Positions 27,450-38,100 of a stretch of DNA of 64,000 bases are shown piece by piece (position 1 is the first letter of the stretch; each line of letters begins with the position of its first letter). The DNA is from an uncultured Chloroflexia bacterium (GTDB lineage: Bacteria > Chloroflexota > Limnocylindria > Limnocylindrales > CSP1-4): NCBI GenBank assembly GCA_963748625.1, contig CAVVJT010000007.1, forward strand, positions 640,001 to 704,000, in the 5' to 3' direction. The notes beneath the pieces were generated by a model, which searched no databases, had not been told where the DNA came from, and saw only the letters and a program-made list of their open reading frames with translations. A program made the translations under genes and the position numbers.

Positions 27450-29359
27450 GATCCAACCTCCGCGAGCCGGATGCCCGTCCGCAGCGCGTCATTGGCGGTC
27501 TGGCCGAGACCGCAGATCGAGGCGTCGCGCAGGACCTGGCCGAGGTCCTCGAGCAGGGCGAGCTCATCCTCCACGCTGCCCCGTGGTTGCCTCGCCGCCA
27601 GCCGGGCGAGCAGCTCCTCCTGGCGGACGGTGCCCACGCGACAGGGCACGCACTGGCCGCAGGACTCGTCGCGGAAGAACTGGGCGATGCGGCGCAGGAT
27701 GTCGAGCATGTCGGTGGTCTCGTCGAACACGACGACGGCGCCCGCGCCGATCGTCACGCCCAGCTCCTTGGCGGCCTCGAAGGTGAGCGGCATGTGGAGC
27801 GACTCCGGCCCGACGAAGGCGCCCGCGGCCCCGCCGAGGTTGACGGCCTTGACCTTGCGGCCACCGGGCACGCCGCCCGCCATGTCGATCAGGTCACGCA
27901 GGGTGATGCCGAACTCGGCCTCGTAGACGCCCGGCCGGTTGACGTGGCCGGAAACCGAGAACAGCTTGTGGCCGTTCGACCCGTGGGACCCGAGCGCCGC
28001 GTAGACATCGCCGCCCTCGAGGACGATCCCCGGGATGTTGGCCAGCGTCTCGACGTTGTTGAGCACGGTGGGCTTCTGGAAGAGGCCGGCGGTGGTCGAA
28101 CGGGCCGCCTTGTTGCGCGGCTCGCCGCGCTTGCCCTCGATGCTCTCGTAGATCGCGGTGCCCTCACCGCAGACGTAGGCGCCGCCGCCGCGGCGGATCT
28201 CGATGTCGAAGGCGAAGCCCGCGCCCATCACGTCGCCGCCGAGCAGGCCCTTCTCACGGGCGGTGTCGATGGCGCCCTGGAGGCGCTCCTCGGCGAGGGG
28301 ATACTCGCCGCGCAGGTAGACGAAGCCCAGCTCCGCCCCCACAGCGAAGCCCCCGATGGTCATCGACTCGACCAGGCTGAACGGGTCCTCCTCCAGGATG
28401 ATCCGGTCCTTGAAGGTGCCCGGCTCCGCCTCGTCGGCGTTGCACACGATGTTCTTGGGCCAGGCCTGGGTGGCGCGCGCGGCGGCCCACTTCTTGCCCG
28501 CGGGGAACGCGGCGCCGCCACGTCCGAGGACCTCGGCCGTGATGACCTCCTCGATCACCCGGTCTGGACCCACCGCGATCGCCTCCTTGAGGGCGCGGTA
28601 GCCGCCGTTGGCGAGATAGTCGGTGAGGCTGGTGGGATCGATCCGGCCGACACGGGCCAGGAGGCGCAGGTCGGGATCGCCGGCCTGGGGCGCGAACTGG
28701 CGCACCGCCTCAAGCCGCTCCGCCGTGGGGGCGGTCTCGAGGCCGTGGACGTGGCCCTCGGGGTGGGGATGCTCGGCGTCCTCGAGGCGGCGGTGGATGG
28801 CCGCGGCGTCAAGAGGCCCCGTGGAAAGGCGCACGCACGGGTCGCCCGCAAACGTGAACAGCGCGGCAGGGGCGCGGTCGCACTGGCCCAGGCAGGGGCT
28901 GCGCATCCAGGATGCCGTGGCGCCGGGCTTGGGATGGCCGGCAGGCCCGAGGGTCCGCTCCAGGTCTGCCGCGATCTCCTCGGCACCGGCAAGGCGGCAG
29001 GCCATGTCGTCGCAGACATGAACGACGGAGGCCGGCATGGGCGTCATCGTGAACAGGGCGTAGAACGTGGCCACGCCGTACGCGTCGGCCGGCGGGATCG
29101 TCAGGCGCTTGCAGGCGTAGTTGAGGGCGGACTGGCTGATCCAGCCGAGCCGGTCCTGCATCGCGTGCAGGGTGGGCAGCAGCAGGTCGCGGTGGCTGCG
29201 CGCGTCGTGGCCGCCCCTTGCCATGCGCGAGTCCTTGGCGACGTCACGCTCTCCGCCATCCCAGCCGCTGGTCGCCGGGCCGATCCGGCCATCGAGGAAG
29301 GAGTCGACCGCGGCCCGCTCTTCGGCAGTTGCGGCGGGTCCGACGAAATGCAGATCCAT
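27446..29359 (-). CDS. NuoE-NuoF fusion diaphorase subunit of NAD-linked formate dehydrogenase
   Basis: CDDMAC...CLGQC; GRGGAAFPAGKKW, CNADEAEPGTFKDR, GAYVCGEG, ESCGQCVPCRVG...SICGLG. Confidence 0.9.
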   Translation of the reverse strand: MDLHFVGPAATAEERAAVDSFLDGRIGPATSGWDGGERDVAKDSRMARGGHDARSHRDLLLPTLHAMQDRLGWISQSALNYACKRLTIPPADAYGVATFYALFTMTPMPASVVHVCDDMACRLAGAEEIAADLERTLGPAGHPKPGATASWMRSPCLGQCDRAPAALFTFAGDPCVRLSTGPLDAAAIHRRLEDAEHPHPEGHVHGLETAPTAERLEAVRQFAPQAGDPDLRLLARVGRIDPTSLTDYLANGGYRALKEAIAVGPDRVIEEVITAEVLGRGGAAFPAGKKWAAARATQAWPKNIVCNADEAEPGTFKDRIILEEDPFSLVESMTIGGFAVGAELGFVYLRGEYPLAEERLQGAIDTAREKGLLGGDVMGAGFAFDIEIRRGGGAYVCGEGTAIYESIEGKRGEPRNKAARSTTAGLFQKPTVLNNVETLANIPGIVLEGGDVYAALGSHGSNGHKLFSVSGHVNRPGVYEAEFGITLRDLIDMAGGVPGGRKVKAVNLGGAAGAFVGPESLHMPLTFEAAKELGVTIGAGAVVVFDETTDMLDILRRIAQFFRDESCGQCVPCRVGTVRQEELLARLAARQPRGSVEDELALLEDLGQVLRDASICGLGQTANDALRTGIRLAEVGS

Positions 29360-29474
29360 AGGCAGCCGAGTGTAAACAATCGACGGCAGGCCGCAACAGG
29401 TATCTCGGCCCGGTCAGAAGGGGCATGATCGTCCGTGATTCCACCTGCGTCCGCCCTGCCGTGAGGCCCCAGCC

Positions 29475-30216
29475 ATGTCCCTGCGCCACCACGAGATCGC
29501 CGAGGCCCGCCACCGGATCCTCGACCCGTTCACGCACGAGAAGCTTCGGCTGCTGGGCGAGGTCTGCTGGCGTTGGACCGGGCACCCGGATCCTCGACCT
29601 GGCCTGCGGCAAGGGCGAGATGCTGTCGTCCTGGGCGACGTGGTTCGGCAGCAGCGGCGTCGGGGTCGACTTGTCGCACGTGTTCCTGGCAGCGGCGGTC
29701 GAGCGGGCATCGGAGCTGGGGGTGTCGGCGCGGGTGTCCTTCGTGCAGGGCGACGCTGGCGTGTATTCGGCTGAAGCGGGCGCGTTCGACATCGCGTCGT
29801 GCCTGGGGGCGACCTGGATCGGTGGCGGGCTCGGCGGGACGCTGGACCTGCTGCGGCCCGCGGTGCGGGAGGGCGGGCTGGTCGTTGTCGGGGAGCCGTT
29901 CTTCCACGAGGAGCCGCCGGCCGAGGCGATCTCGGCGTGGGGCTTCGGGCCGGACGACTACACGTCGCTGGCGGGGACGGCTGCGCGGATTCGCGACGCC
30001 GGCTTCGAGCTGGTCGAGATGGTGCTGGCGGACCAGGATTCGTGGGATCGGTATGAGGCCGCACACTGGCCGACGATCCTGGACTGGCTGGCGGCCAACC
30101 CGTCCGACCCGGACTGGGGCGCGATGCGCGAGATGCTGGACCGGGATCGCGCGACGTACCTGCGCTGGGGCCGGCGGTACCTCGGCTGGGGCGTGTTCGT
30201 CTGCCGGCCGGTCTAG
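29475..30216 (+). CDS. Class I SAM-dependent methyltransferase (YjhP-like), frameshift near 29570
   Basis: HRILDPFTHEKL then ILDLACGKGEML, CLGATWIGGG, DSWDRYEA, RYLGWGVF. Confidence 0.8.
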
Positions 30217-30230
30217 GGTCCGCCGCAGGC

Positions 30231-30959
30231 TCAGAACTCGCCGCACTCCCAGGTGAGGGTGCCTGACCAGCCGTTCGGCCAAGGATCCATCGCGCCGTCG
30301 ACCGGGCCGAACTCGGCCGTGCCCGAGAGGCCGTCGTCGGCAAGGTCCACGGTGACGGGTCCCTGCCAGAAGGGCTGCCCGACGCCCTTGGAGGCGCCGT
30401 CATCGTCGAAGAGGTCGCCGCCGTCGATGAGCAGCTCGAGCGTCCAGTCGGCCGTCGTGTCCATCCGCTGCACGCCGCCGCGGAGGGTGCCCTCGATGCC
30501 GCCGGCCCAGATCGTGCCAAGGTCCATGCCGAAGGCCGCGCCCAGCTCCCGGGTATCGGGAACGGAGTCGCACGTCGCCCCACCGGAGCCCCCTTCCCCG
30601 GCATCGCCGAGGCCCGCGGGCTCGAGCGACATGGTGCCCTCGCTGCGGATGGTCACCGGTTCGTGGTACCCGAGGCTGAGCACGGGGACCAGGACGAACG
30701 CCACCGCCGCGGTCGCCGCTGCGACACCGGTCCCGCGCAGGAGCGCCCTCCCTGCCGCCTGCGTCTTCGTCCAGCGCGCCAGGGCCCACGCGATCAGCGC
30801 GATGATGCCGAGGAGCGCGGCGGCCATGAGCACCAGGATCGGCGCCCCGAGGGAGGCGAAGCCGCCCACGGTCAGTGGATAGGCGCAGTACCAGCCGATC
30901 AGGTAGCCAACGATGACCCCCGGGATCGCGGGCCACCAGCGCTTGGCGGTGCCTCTCAC
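30231..30959 (-). CDS. Hypothetical membrane protein
   Basis: Three TM segments plus acidic/Gly-rich C-terminal domain. Confidence 0.55.
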   Translation of the reverse strand: MRGTAKRWWPAIPGVIVGYLIGWYCAYPLTVGGFASLGAPILVLMAAALLGIIALIAWALARWTKTQAAGRALLRGTGVAAATAAVAFVLVPVLSLGYHEPVTIRSEGTMSLEPAGLGDAGEGGSGGATCDSVPDTRELGAAFGMDLGTIWAGGIEGTLRGGVQRMDTTADWTLELLIDGGDLFDDDGASKGVGQPFWQGPVTVDLADDGLSGTAEFGPVDGAMDPWPNGWSGTLTWECGEF

Positions 30960-31035
30960 GTTCCATCTCCACGCTTCGGTGGGACGCGCGGTGCCGTCAA
31001 GTCTAGTCGCCTCGCATTGTGCTACCCTGTGCTAC

Positions 31036-31339
31036 ATGAGTGAGGCGGGAGCGCGGCCGGCGCGGGTCGGGGTCCGGGAGCTGCGGCAGAACCTGTCCGT
31101 GTACCTGGACCGCGTGAAGGCCGGTGAGACCCTGGAGGTGACCGAGCACGGGCACCCCGTCGGGCATCCTTGCGCCACTCCCGGTGAAGCCGATGTCGAT
31201 CGTGGACCGGGGCATCGCCGAGGGCTGGATCACACCCGCAACCACGGACCATCGCAGCACGCCGCCGCCACCCAAGATCCCCGGGCGCCCCCTCAGCGAG
31301 ATCCTCCAGGAGATGCGGGACGAGGAGCGCATGCTGTGA
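31036..31339 (+). CDS. Phd/YefM-family antitoxin (frameshift near 31165)
   Basis: VGVRELRQNLSVYLDRVKAGETLEVTEHGHPV; true C-terminus LSEILQEMRDEERML in another frame; TGTGCTAC direct repeat just upstream. Confidence 0.8.
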
Positions 31340-31725
31340 GTCTGGCCTACCTGGATGCCTCGGCGCTGGTCAGGCTGATCGTGGACGAAGCCGAGTCGGC
31401 GGGTCTCAACCGCTGGTACGTGGAGGCGGAGCGCCTGATGACCAGTCGTGTCGGGGTCATCGAGACGATCAGGGCCACGGGCCGGCGCACATTCGACAAG
31501 CGCCAGCGGGACCGGATCCTCTCGGATGTCGAGGTCATGGAGCTCGGACCGGCGATCGCGGCGTCGGCCGCCGTCGTCGGCTCGCCGCTCCTGCGGACGC
31601 TCGATGCGATCCACCTCGCCTCGGCGATGGCGCTGATGCCGGAGCTAGACGCCTTCGTCACGTACGACGACCGCCTCGCCGAGGCCGCGCGGAGCCTGGG
31701 GCTGCCGGTGGTGCGGCCGGCCTGA
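31336..31725 (+). CDS. vapC: VapC PIN-domain toxin
   Basis: YLDASALVRL...EAES, LRTLDAIHLASA, FVTYDDRLAEAA; GTGA overlap with the antitoxin. Confidence 0.9.
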   Translation: MSLAYLDASALVRLIVDEAESAGLNRWYVEAERLMTSRVGVIETIRATGRRTFDKRQRDRILSDVEVMELGPAIAASAAVVGSPLLRTLDAIHLASAMALMPELDAFVTYDDRLAEAARSLGLPVVRPA

Positions 31726-31753
31726 CCGGGGCACGGAGGCGCACCTGGAACGG

Positions 31754-31783
31754 CGAAGGCGGACCCTCGCGGATCCGCCTTCG
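31754..31783. terminator. Hairpin between convergent vapC and fdhF
   Basis: CGAAGGCGGA-N10-TCCGCCTTCG. Confidence 0.65.
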
Positions 31784-31804
31784 AGTTTCGTGCGTGGGCG
31801 AACG

Positions 31805-33727
31805 TCAGGCCAGGACGGGTGCCTCGAGCTTCTCGACGCGGATCGCGGCGGCCTTGAACTCGGCCGTGCCGGACTTCCAGTCCGTGGCGTCGATCGTCAG
31901 GACGTTCACCGGGACGTCGTCCTGGTGGTGGAAGGTGATGAACGCGAGGCCGGGCCGGAGACCCGGGTCCGCCGCGACGGGGACCTCGATGGAGCCGCGC
32001 CGGGAGGTGACCCGGACCAGCTCGCCCTCGGCCAGGCCCATGGTGACCAGGTCCTCCGGACAGAGGTCAAGGGTCTCCATCCGCCGGTGCGGGTGCTTGA
32101 ACGAGTTCGACTGGACGCCCGTGTTGTAGGACTCGAGCCGGCGGCCAGTGGTGAGCCGGATCGGGAACTCCGGGGTGAGCTTGTCCACGGGCAGTTCGTG
32201 CTCCACGGGGACGAACGGCGCGCGGTTGCCCGGCACCGGGTCAGCCCAGAGGCGCGAGTGCAGGAACGGCTCGCCCGGGTGGGTCTCGTCGTAGCAAGGC
32301 CACTGGATGCCGTCGAGCTCCTCGAGGCGCTGGTAGCTCATGCCCCGGTGCGCCGGCGACAGGGTCCGGAACTCGTTCCAGAGCGCCTCCGCCGAATAGT
32401 CACCCCAGTCCTTGCCGAGGCGCCGGGCGATCTCGAAGATGATCCAGAGATCGTCGCGGGCGTCGCCGGGCGGGTCGATCGCCTTGCGGACACGCTGGAC
32501 GCGCCGCTCGGAGTTGGTGACGGTGCCCTCGGTCTCGGCCCAGGCGGCCGCGGCCGGGAGGACGACGTCCGCGATCTCCGCGGTGGCGGTCCGGAAGATG
32601 TCCTGGACGACGAGGAGATCGAGGCCCGAGAGCAGGCGCGTGGTCCGCTCCATGTCGGCCTCGGACTGGACCGGGTTCTCTCCGATGCAGTAGACGGCCG
32701 TGAGCTCGCCGCGCTCCATGGCGTCGTACATGGCCGTGAGGTTCAGGCCGCGCTTGGGCGGGATGGTGACCCCATAAGCCGCGTCGAACGGGGCGCGCAG
32801 GGCGTCGTTCTCGACATGCTGGAAGCCCGGCAGGCGGTCCGGCAGGGCGCCCGAGTCGCCGCCGCCCTGGACGTTGTTCTGGCCGCGCAGCGGGTTGAGG
32901 CCGGAGCCCCACTTGCCCACGTGCCCGCAGAGGAGCGCCAGGTTGATGAGGCTCAGGACGTTGTCCACGGCGTTGTGGTGCTCGGTGATCCCGAGCGTCC
33001 AGCAGATCATCGCCTTCTCGGCCTTGGCGAAGGCATGCGCCGTCTCACGGATGGCCGCTGCCGGCACACCCGTCTCCCGCTCCACCCACTCGAGCGTGTA
33101 GGGCTCAACGGCCGCCTTGTACGCCTCGAAACCACTCGTGGCACGCCCGATGAACTCGTCGTGCGCGAGGCCAGCCGCGATGATCTCGCGACCCATGGCG
33201 TTGGCGAGGGCGATGTCGGTGCCCACGTCGAGGCCGAGCCAGAGATCGGCCCACTCCACCGATGAGGTCCGCCGCGGGTCGACCGCGATCATGCGCGCGC
33301 CGTTGCGGATCCCCTTGAGGATGTGGTGGAAGTAGATCGGATGCGTCTCCCGGGCGTTCGAGCCCCACAGGAGGATCAGGTCCGTCTCTTCGATCTCTTT
33401 ATATGAGCTGGTGCATCCGCCAGCGCCGAACACGGTCGCCAGACCGGCGACAGAGGGGGCGTGTCAGGTGCGGTTGCAGCTGTCGATGTTGTTGCTGCCC
33501 AAGACCTGGCGGGAGAGCTTCTGGGCCGCGTAGTTGACCTCGTTGGTCGAGCGGCTGCAGGAGAAGATTCCGTAGGTCGTGGGGCCGTGCGCCTCGCCCG
33601 CTGCCCGCAGCCCGGCGACCACCCGGTCCAGCGCCTCGTCCCAGGTGGCTGGGCGGAGAGGGGCGCCAGAACGACGGTCACCATCGCGCACGAGCGGTGT
33701 GGTGAGACGGACGTACTCCTTCGGCAC
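31805..33727 (-). CDS. fdhF: Selenocysteine-containing formate dehydrogenase catalytic (molybdopterin) subunit
   Basis: In-frame TGA at 33464-33466 in NNIDSCNRT-U-HAPSVAGL; PLRGQNNVQG, GTVTNSERRVQ, LTTGRRL, TAEFKAAA. Confidence 0.9.
33435..33451 (-). promoter_or_regulatory. Bacterial SECIS-like hairpin
   Basis: GTCGCC-GGTCT-GGCGAC starting 12 nt after the UGA codon. Confidence 0.75.
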
Positions 33728-33800
33728 TGGTGTACCTCTGGTATGGGGTCCGATCGGGGGAGTGTAAACCGGCATGCAAGAGGGCGATAGGCTGCTTGGC

Positions 33801-34835
33801 ATGCGCGAGGCCGTCCCCGGGAACCCTGTTGACGGGCCGGATGGCGATGTCCGCCTCCCGGTCGAGGGCAGGCTCGACCTGCGCCAGGTCCTGGGCATCC
33901 ACCAGCGGGGGTACGGCGATCCGGCCCTGCGGTTCGAGGTGTCGGGCTCCTGCTGGCGGGCGTCGCGCACGCCCGACGGACCGGTGACGCTGTTCGTGGA
34001 GACGTTCGCGGGGGCGGGCGAGGGGCTCGACGGGACGGGCGAGGGGCTCGACGGCGGGCACGCTCGGGTGCGCGCGTGGGGCCCCGGGACCGCGTGGGCG
34101 CTCGCGCAGGCGCCGGCGCTCCTGGGCCTTGATGACGTGCACCGGACCGTGACGCCGGCCCATCCCGCGGTGGCCGCGGCCCAGCGCAAAGTGCGCGAGG
34201 TGCGCATCGGGCGGACCGGTCGTGTCCTCGAGGCGCTCATCCCGGCGATCCTCGAGCAGAAGGTGACCGGCGACGAGGCACGGCGGGCGTACCGCGGACT
34301 GATCGCGCGGTGGGGCGAGGACGCGCCGGGGCCGTCCGGGCTCCGGCTGCTGCCCGCACCCGATGTCATCGCGGGACTCCCCTACCACGCGCTGCACCGG
34401 GTGGACGTCGAGCGGCGGCGGGCCGAGCTGCTGGCCCGGGTCTGTCGGGACGCCGCGCGGCTGGAGGCCCTGGGTGCGGCCGCCGCGACGCACGGCGCAA
34501 CGTCCCACGCGACGCACGGCGCAACGTCCGACGCGCGGGCGGCGGTGTACGCCGCCCTTCGCGCCTATCCGGGCATCGGCCCCTGGACGGCCGCCGAAGT
34601 GGGCATCCGGGCCCTCGGCGATCCCGACGCCGTGAGCGTCGGCGACTTCCACATCCCGAACATGGTCGCGTGGGCGCTCGCACGCGAGCCGCGCGGCACC
34701 GACGAGCGGATGCTCGAGCTGCTGGAGCCGTACCGGGGCCAGCGGGGGCGAGTGGTGCGGCTGCTGGAGCTGGCCGGGATCAAGGCGCCGCGGTACGGCC
34801 CGCGCCTCTCAGCGCGCCGCATCGGTGAGCTCTGA
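33801..34835 (+). CDS. AlkA-like DNA-3-methyladenine glycosylase (HhH-GPD)
   Basis: AILEQKVTG, PGIGPWTAAEV...GDPDAVSVGDFH, LEPYRGQRG. Confidence 0.85.
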   Translation: MREAVPGNPVDGPDGDVRLPVEGRLDLRQVLGIHQRGYGDPALRFEVSGSCWRASRTPDGPVTLFVETFAGAGEGLDGTGEGLDGGHARVRAWGPGTAWALAQAPALLGLDDVHRTVTPAHPAVAAAQRKVREVRIGRTGRVLEALIPAILEQKVTGDEARRAYRGLIARWGEDAPGPSGLRLLPAPDVIAGLPYHALHRVDVERRRAELLARVCRDAARLEALGAAAATHGATSHATHGATSDARAAVYAALRAYPGIGPWTAAEVGIRALGDPDAVSVGDFHIPNMVAWALAREPRGTDERMLELLEPYRGQRGRVVRLLELAGIKAPRYGPRLSARRIGEL

Positions 34836-34871
34836 CCAGCTGAGCGTGAGCCAACGCTGGCCGCGCGCGAC

Positions 34872-36095
34872 TCACGCAGCCGGAACCGGCTCCTCCCGCA
34901 TCCCCCAGGGCGACCCGTACTCCACGAGCAGGTCGAGGAATGGCTTCGGCGCGAACGCCTCAGGCCCCAGCACGCCCGCGCCGGACCACACGCCCCGCGA
35001 GAGCAGCTCCATCCCCACGATCGGGTTGATCGCGGTCTGCCAGACGACGGCCTGCGACCCGTACTCGCGCCACGACCAGTCGCTGTCCACCACGTGGTAG
35101 AGGTACACGGCACGCGGCGAACCATCCTTGCCCAGACCGGTCACGAACGTGCCCGCGCAGGTCTTCCCATGCATGCGGTCGCCCAGGCCGGCCGGGTCGG
35201 GCAGGCATGCGGCCACAACGTCCCGCGGCGAGACCTCGACGCCCTTCACCTTCACCGGCGTGGTGCGATCCAGCCCGAGCGTGTGCAGCACCTTGAGGAC
35301 GTTGATGAACTCGTCGCCCAGGCCGTACTTGAAGGTCACGCGCTTGGCCTTGACCCAGCGCGGGATCAGCAGGACCTCCTCATGCTCCACGTTCACGCAC
35401 TCGACCGGGCCGATGCCCTCCGGGAACTCGAACGTCTCGGGCTCCGAGAACGGCGGTGTCGTGTACCAGCCGCGACCCTCCTCGAAGATCACCGGCGGGT
35501 TCAGGCACTCCTCGATCGTCGTCCAGATGGAGAACGACGGGGCGAAGTCGTACCCGTCCACGACCAGGTTGGCACCATCCCGGACACCGGCCTCGTCGAT
35601 CTCCGAGAACAGCTCGTCGGCCGCATACCGCGCGAAGATGTCGGACAGGCCGGGCTCGATGCCCAGGCCCACCAGCGCCAGGCGCCCGGCCGCCTCCCAC
35701 TCCCCCGCCTTGGCGAACTGCTCGTCGCCGAGCTTGAGCCCGGACAGCTCGTAGGGCTTCTCCGGATGCGGCTTGGACAGGCTCATCGCCATGTCCATGT
35801 AGTTCACGCCGGCCTCGGCGCAGGCATCGAAGATCGGCATGACGAAGCGCGGGTCCACCGCGTTGAGCACGTGCGTGACCGCGTGCTCGCGGATGAGCGC
35901 AGCGACGGACGCCACGTTCGACGCATCGACCTGCGCGCCGCTGAAGCGGGCGTCACCCGCGACCTGGGCAAGCGCGTGCTCGACGCGGCGCGGATCGTAG
36001 TCGGCCACGACCATGTGCTCGAAAAAGGCGCGGCGGGCGGCGATGGCCACGGCCGCAGTGCCGACGCCACCAGCGCCGACGACCAGGATTCGCAT
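34872..36095 (-). CDS. Saccharopine dehydrogenase / carboxyspermidine dehydrogenase family protein
   Basis: MRILVVGAGGVG, YMDMA, GIEPGLSD, HEEV. Confidence 0.85.
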   Translation of the reverse strand: MRILVVGAGGVGTAAVAIAARRAFFEHMVVADYDPRRVEHALAQVAGDARFSGAQVDASNVASVAALIREHAVTHVLNAVDPRFVMPIFDACAEAGVNYMDMAMSLSKPHPEKPYELSGLKLGDEQFAKAGEWEAAGRLALVGLGIEPGLSDIFARYAADELFSEIDEAGVRDGANLVVDGYDFAPSFSIWTTIEECLNPPVIFEEGRGWYTTPPFSEPETFEFPEGIGPVECVNVEHEEVLLIPRWVKAKRVTFKYGLGDEFINVLKVLHTLGLDRTTPVKVKGVEVSPRDVVAACLPDPAGLGDRMHGKTCAGTFVTGLGKDGSPRAVYLYHVVDSDWSWREYGSQAVVWQTAINPIVGMELLSRGVWSGAGVLGPEAFAPKPFLDLLVEYGSPWGMREEPVPAA

Positions 36096-36193
36096 GGTGA
36101 GGATCACCTCGTGGCGGGGGCGGCGGCACCGGATCGACCGCCGCCCGGACTGGTGGGGGACGGGACGGTCCCCCTGGGGTTGCACCGATTGTG

Positions 36194-37768
36194 TCAGCCG
36201 GCAGACTCGGGCTTCGGCTGGTAGACCTCACGCTTCCGCCGGAAGAACTCCGGCGCCTTCAGCCTCCAGGCCACGAGCAGGATCACACCAAGGATCCCGA
36301 GCAGGATCGAGAGCGCCAGCGGGACACCGATGCCGAACAGGCTGGCGCAGGTGGCGACATCCTCGGGATCGGTGCACGTGTAGGAGCTCAGCGGGCTCAT
36401 GAGATCGACGACCGACTGCCAGAACGCCCAGGTGAGGACCAGCGCGCCGAACAGGGGCAGGAGCCCCATCCCGATGAAGTCCTTGGCGCTGCGGAACAGG
36501 ACCTTCCGGTAGTAGACCACTGACGCGTAGCCGGTGATGCCGTAGTAGAAGGCGATCATCAGGCCCAGCGCGGTGAGCGCGTCCCAGTACACGTTCTCCG
36601 AGATGAGCTTGAGCCCGATGTACCAGAGGACGGCCAGGATGCCCGTCCAGATGGTGGCATTCGCGGGCGTCAGGTAGCGCGGGTGGATCTGGGCCCAGTA
36701 CTTCGGGGCCGCACCCTTCGCCCCCATGGACAGGGCGGTACGCGCGCACGGCAGGATCGTGGTCTGCGTGGACGCCGCGGCGGAGGTCAGGACAGCAATG
36801 ATCAACAGCACGTTGAGCGGCTCGCCCAGGATCTCAGCGCCGAGGCTCGCAAGGATGTCGCTCTCGCCCTGCTCGGCCAGGTACTCGGCCCCGTGGATCG
36901 CCTGCGCGGCGATCGTCACGAGGACGTATGTCCCGACCAGGATGAGAACGGAGAAGATCGTCGCCCGGCCCGGCTGCTCGGTGGGGTTGCCGCTCTCCTC
37001 GTTGACCGAGGCGGTTGTGTCCCAGCCCCAGTAGATGAACAGGGTGATGAGCATGGCGGCGGCGAAGGCACTGGCGTCCCAGGCACCGTTCTCGCCGACG
37101 ATCGACAGGGGGTTGAGCCACTCGAGCGTCGGCATCACCGACCCCTCGAGGCCGCCGAAGACCTTGACCAGCGCGACGACCGAGAAGATGCCGAGCGTGA
37201 TCAGCTCGACGCTGAGCAGGACCGCCTGCGATCGCGCCGAGAGCTCGATGCCGCGCCAGCAGATCCACGTCATGGCGGCGACGAACAGGATGCCCAGGGC
37301 GACGACACCGACGTCAAAGGTGACCTCGCCGACCATGATCGGGAGGACCGGGTTCGCGAAGACGTCGATCCCGAACAGGCTGAACGTGTACTGCGCCGCA
37401 ACCTCGGCGAGGCTGGCGATGACGATGACCTGGGCGACGATCATCACCCAGCCGGTGAACCAGCCCAGGTGTGGGCCGGCGGCAGTGGTGACCCAGGTGA
37501 AGCTGGTGCCGCAGTCGGGGTCGGCGCGGTTCATGTAGTAGTAGGCCATCGCGATGCAGAACATCGGGATGAATGCCACCCACATGATCGAAGGCGCAGC
37601 AAGCCCGACGGCGGCCGCCACGAGGCCCAGCGAGACCGCGAGGCTGTAGGCCGGAGCCGTGGATGCCACCCCGATGACGACGTTCTCCGCCATCCCGAGG
37701 GCACCGGTCTTCAGGCCCTTGCTGCCTGGGGATCCCTCGCCTGTCAGCTCTTCGCTAACGACCGCCAT
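36194..37768 (-). CDS. APC-family amino acid/polyamine permease
   Basis: About 12 TM; STAPAYS, PDCGTSFTW, YWGWD, EES. Confidence 0.9.
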   Translation of the reverse strand: MAVVSEELTGEGSPGSKGLKTGALGMAENVVIGVASTAPAYSLAVSLGLVAAAVGLAAPSIMWVAFIPMFCIAMAYYYMNRADPDCGTSFTWVTTAAGPHLGWFTGWVMIVAQVIVIASLAEVAAQYTFSLFGIDVFANPVLPIMVGEVTFDVGVVALGILFVAAMTWICWRGIELSARSQAVLLSVELITLGIFSVVALVKVFGGLEGSVMPTLEWLNPLSIVGENGAWDASAFAAAMLITLFIYWGWDTTASVNEESGNPTEQPGRATIFSVLILVGTYVLVTIAAQAIHGAEYLAEQGESDILASLGAEILGEPLNVLLIIAVLTSAAASTQTTILPCARTALSMGAKGAAPKYWAQIHPRYLTPANATIWTGILAVLWYIGLKLISENVYWDALTALGLMIAFYYGITGYASVVYYRKVLFRSAKDFIGMGLLPLFGALVLTWAFWQSVVDLMSPLSSYTCTDPEDVATCASLFGIGVPLALSILLGILGVILLVAWRLKAPEFFRRKREVYQPKPESAG

Positions 37769-38100
37769 TCGGCTCTCCTTCTAGCCTCGACAGGAATGGC
37801 GGGACGCTCCGCGTGATGGCACACCCGCGGGCACGACCGCAACAAGGCCAGACGGCATGCCGTCCTCGGTCCGGATGGCGGGTAGGACCGGGTGCGGACC
37901 CCTGCGCGTACCGGGTCGTGCGTGGATGTGCGGCCTGCGGCGCGAAATGACGTTGCCCCGAGCCCGCGGTGGCGGGCGGACGGGACGGGCGCACCCGCGA
38001 TGTTGCGCCCTGCGGGTCAGGCCCCGGTGGACTCCCCCGGCGCGGGGGCCGTTGGGGCGTTGATCGCCGCCGTCGGCTGACCGGATTGCGGAGCGGGCCG

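Noticed and set aside
30913-31725. Apparent Phd-VapC fusion protein
   Set aside because: One indel near 31165 explains it; the normal antitoxin stop and GTGA-overlapped vapC start are present.
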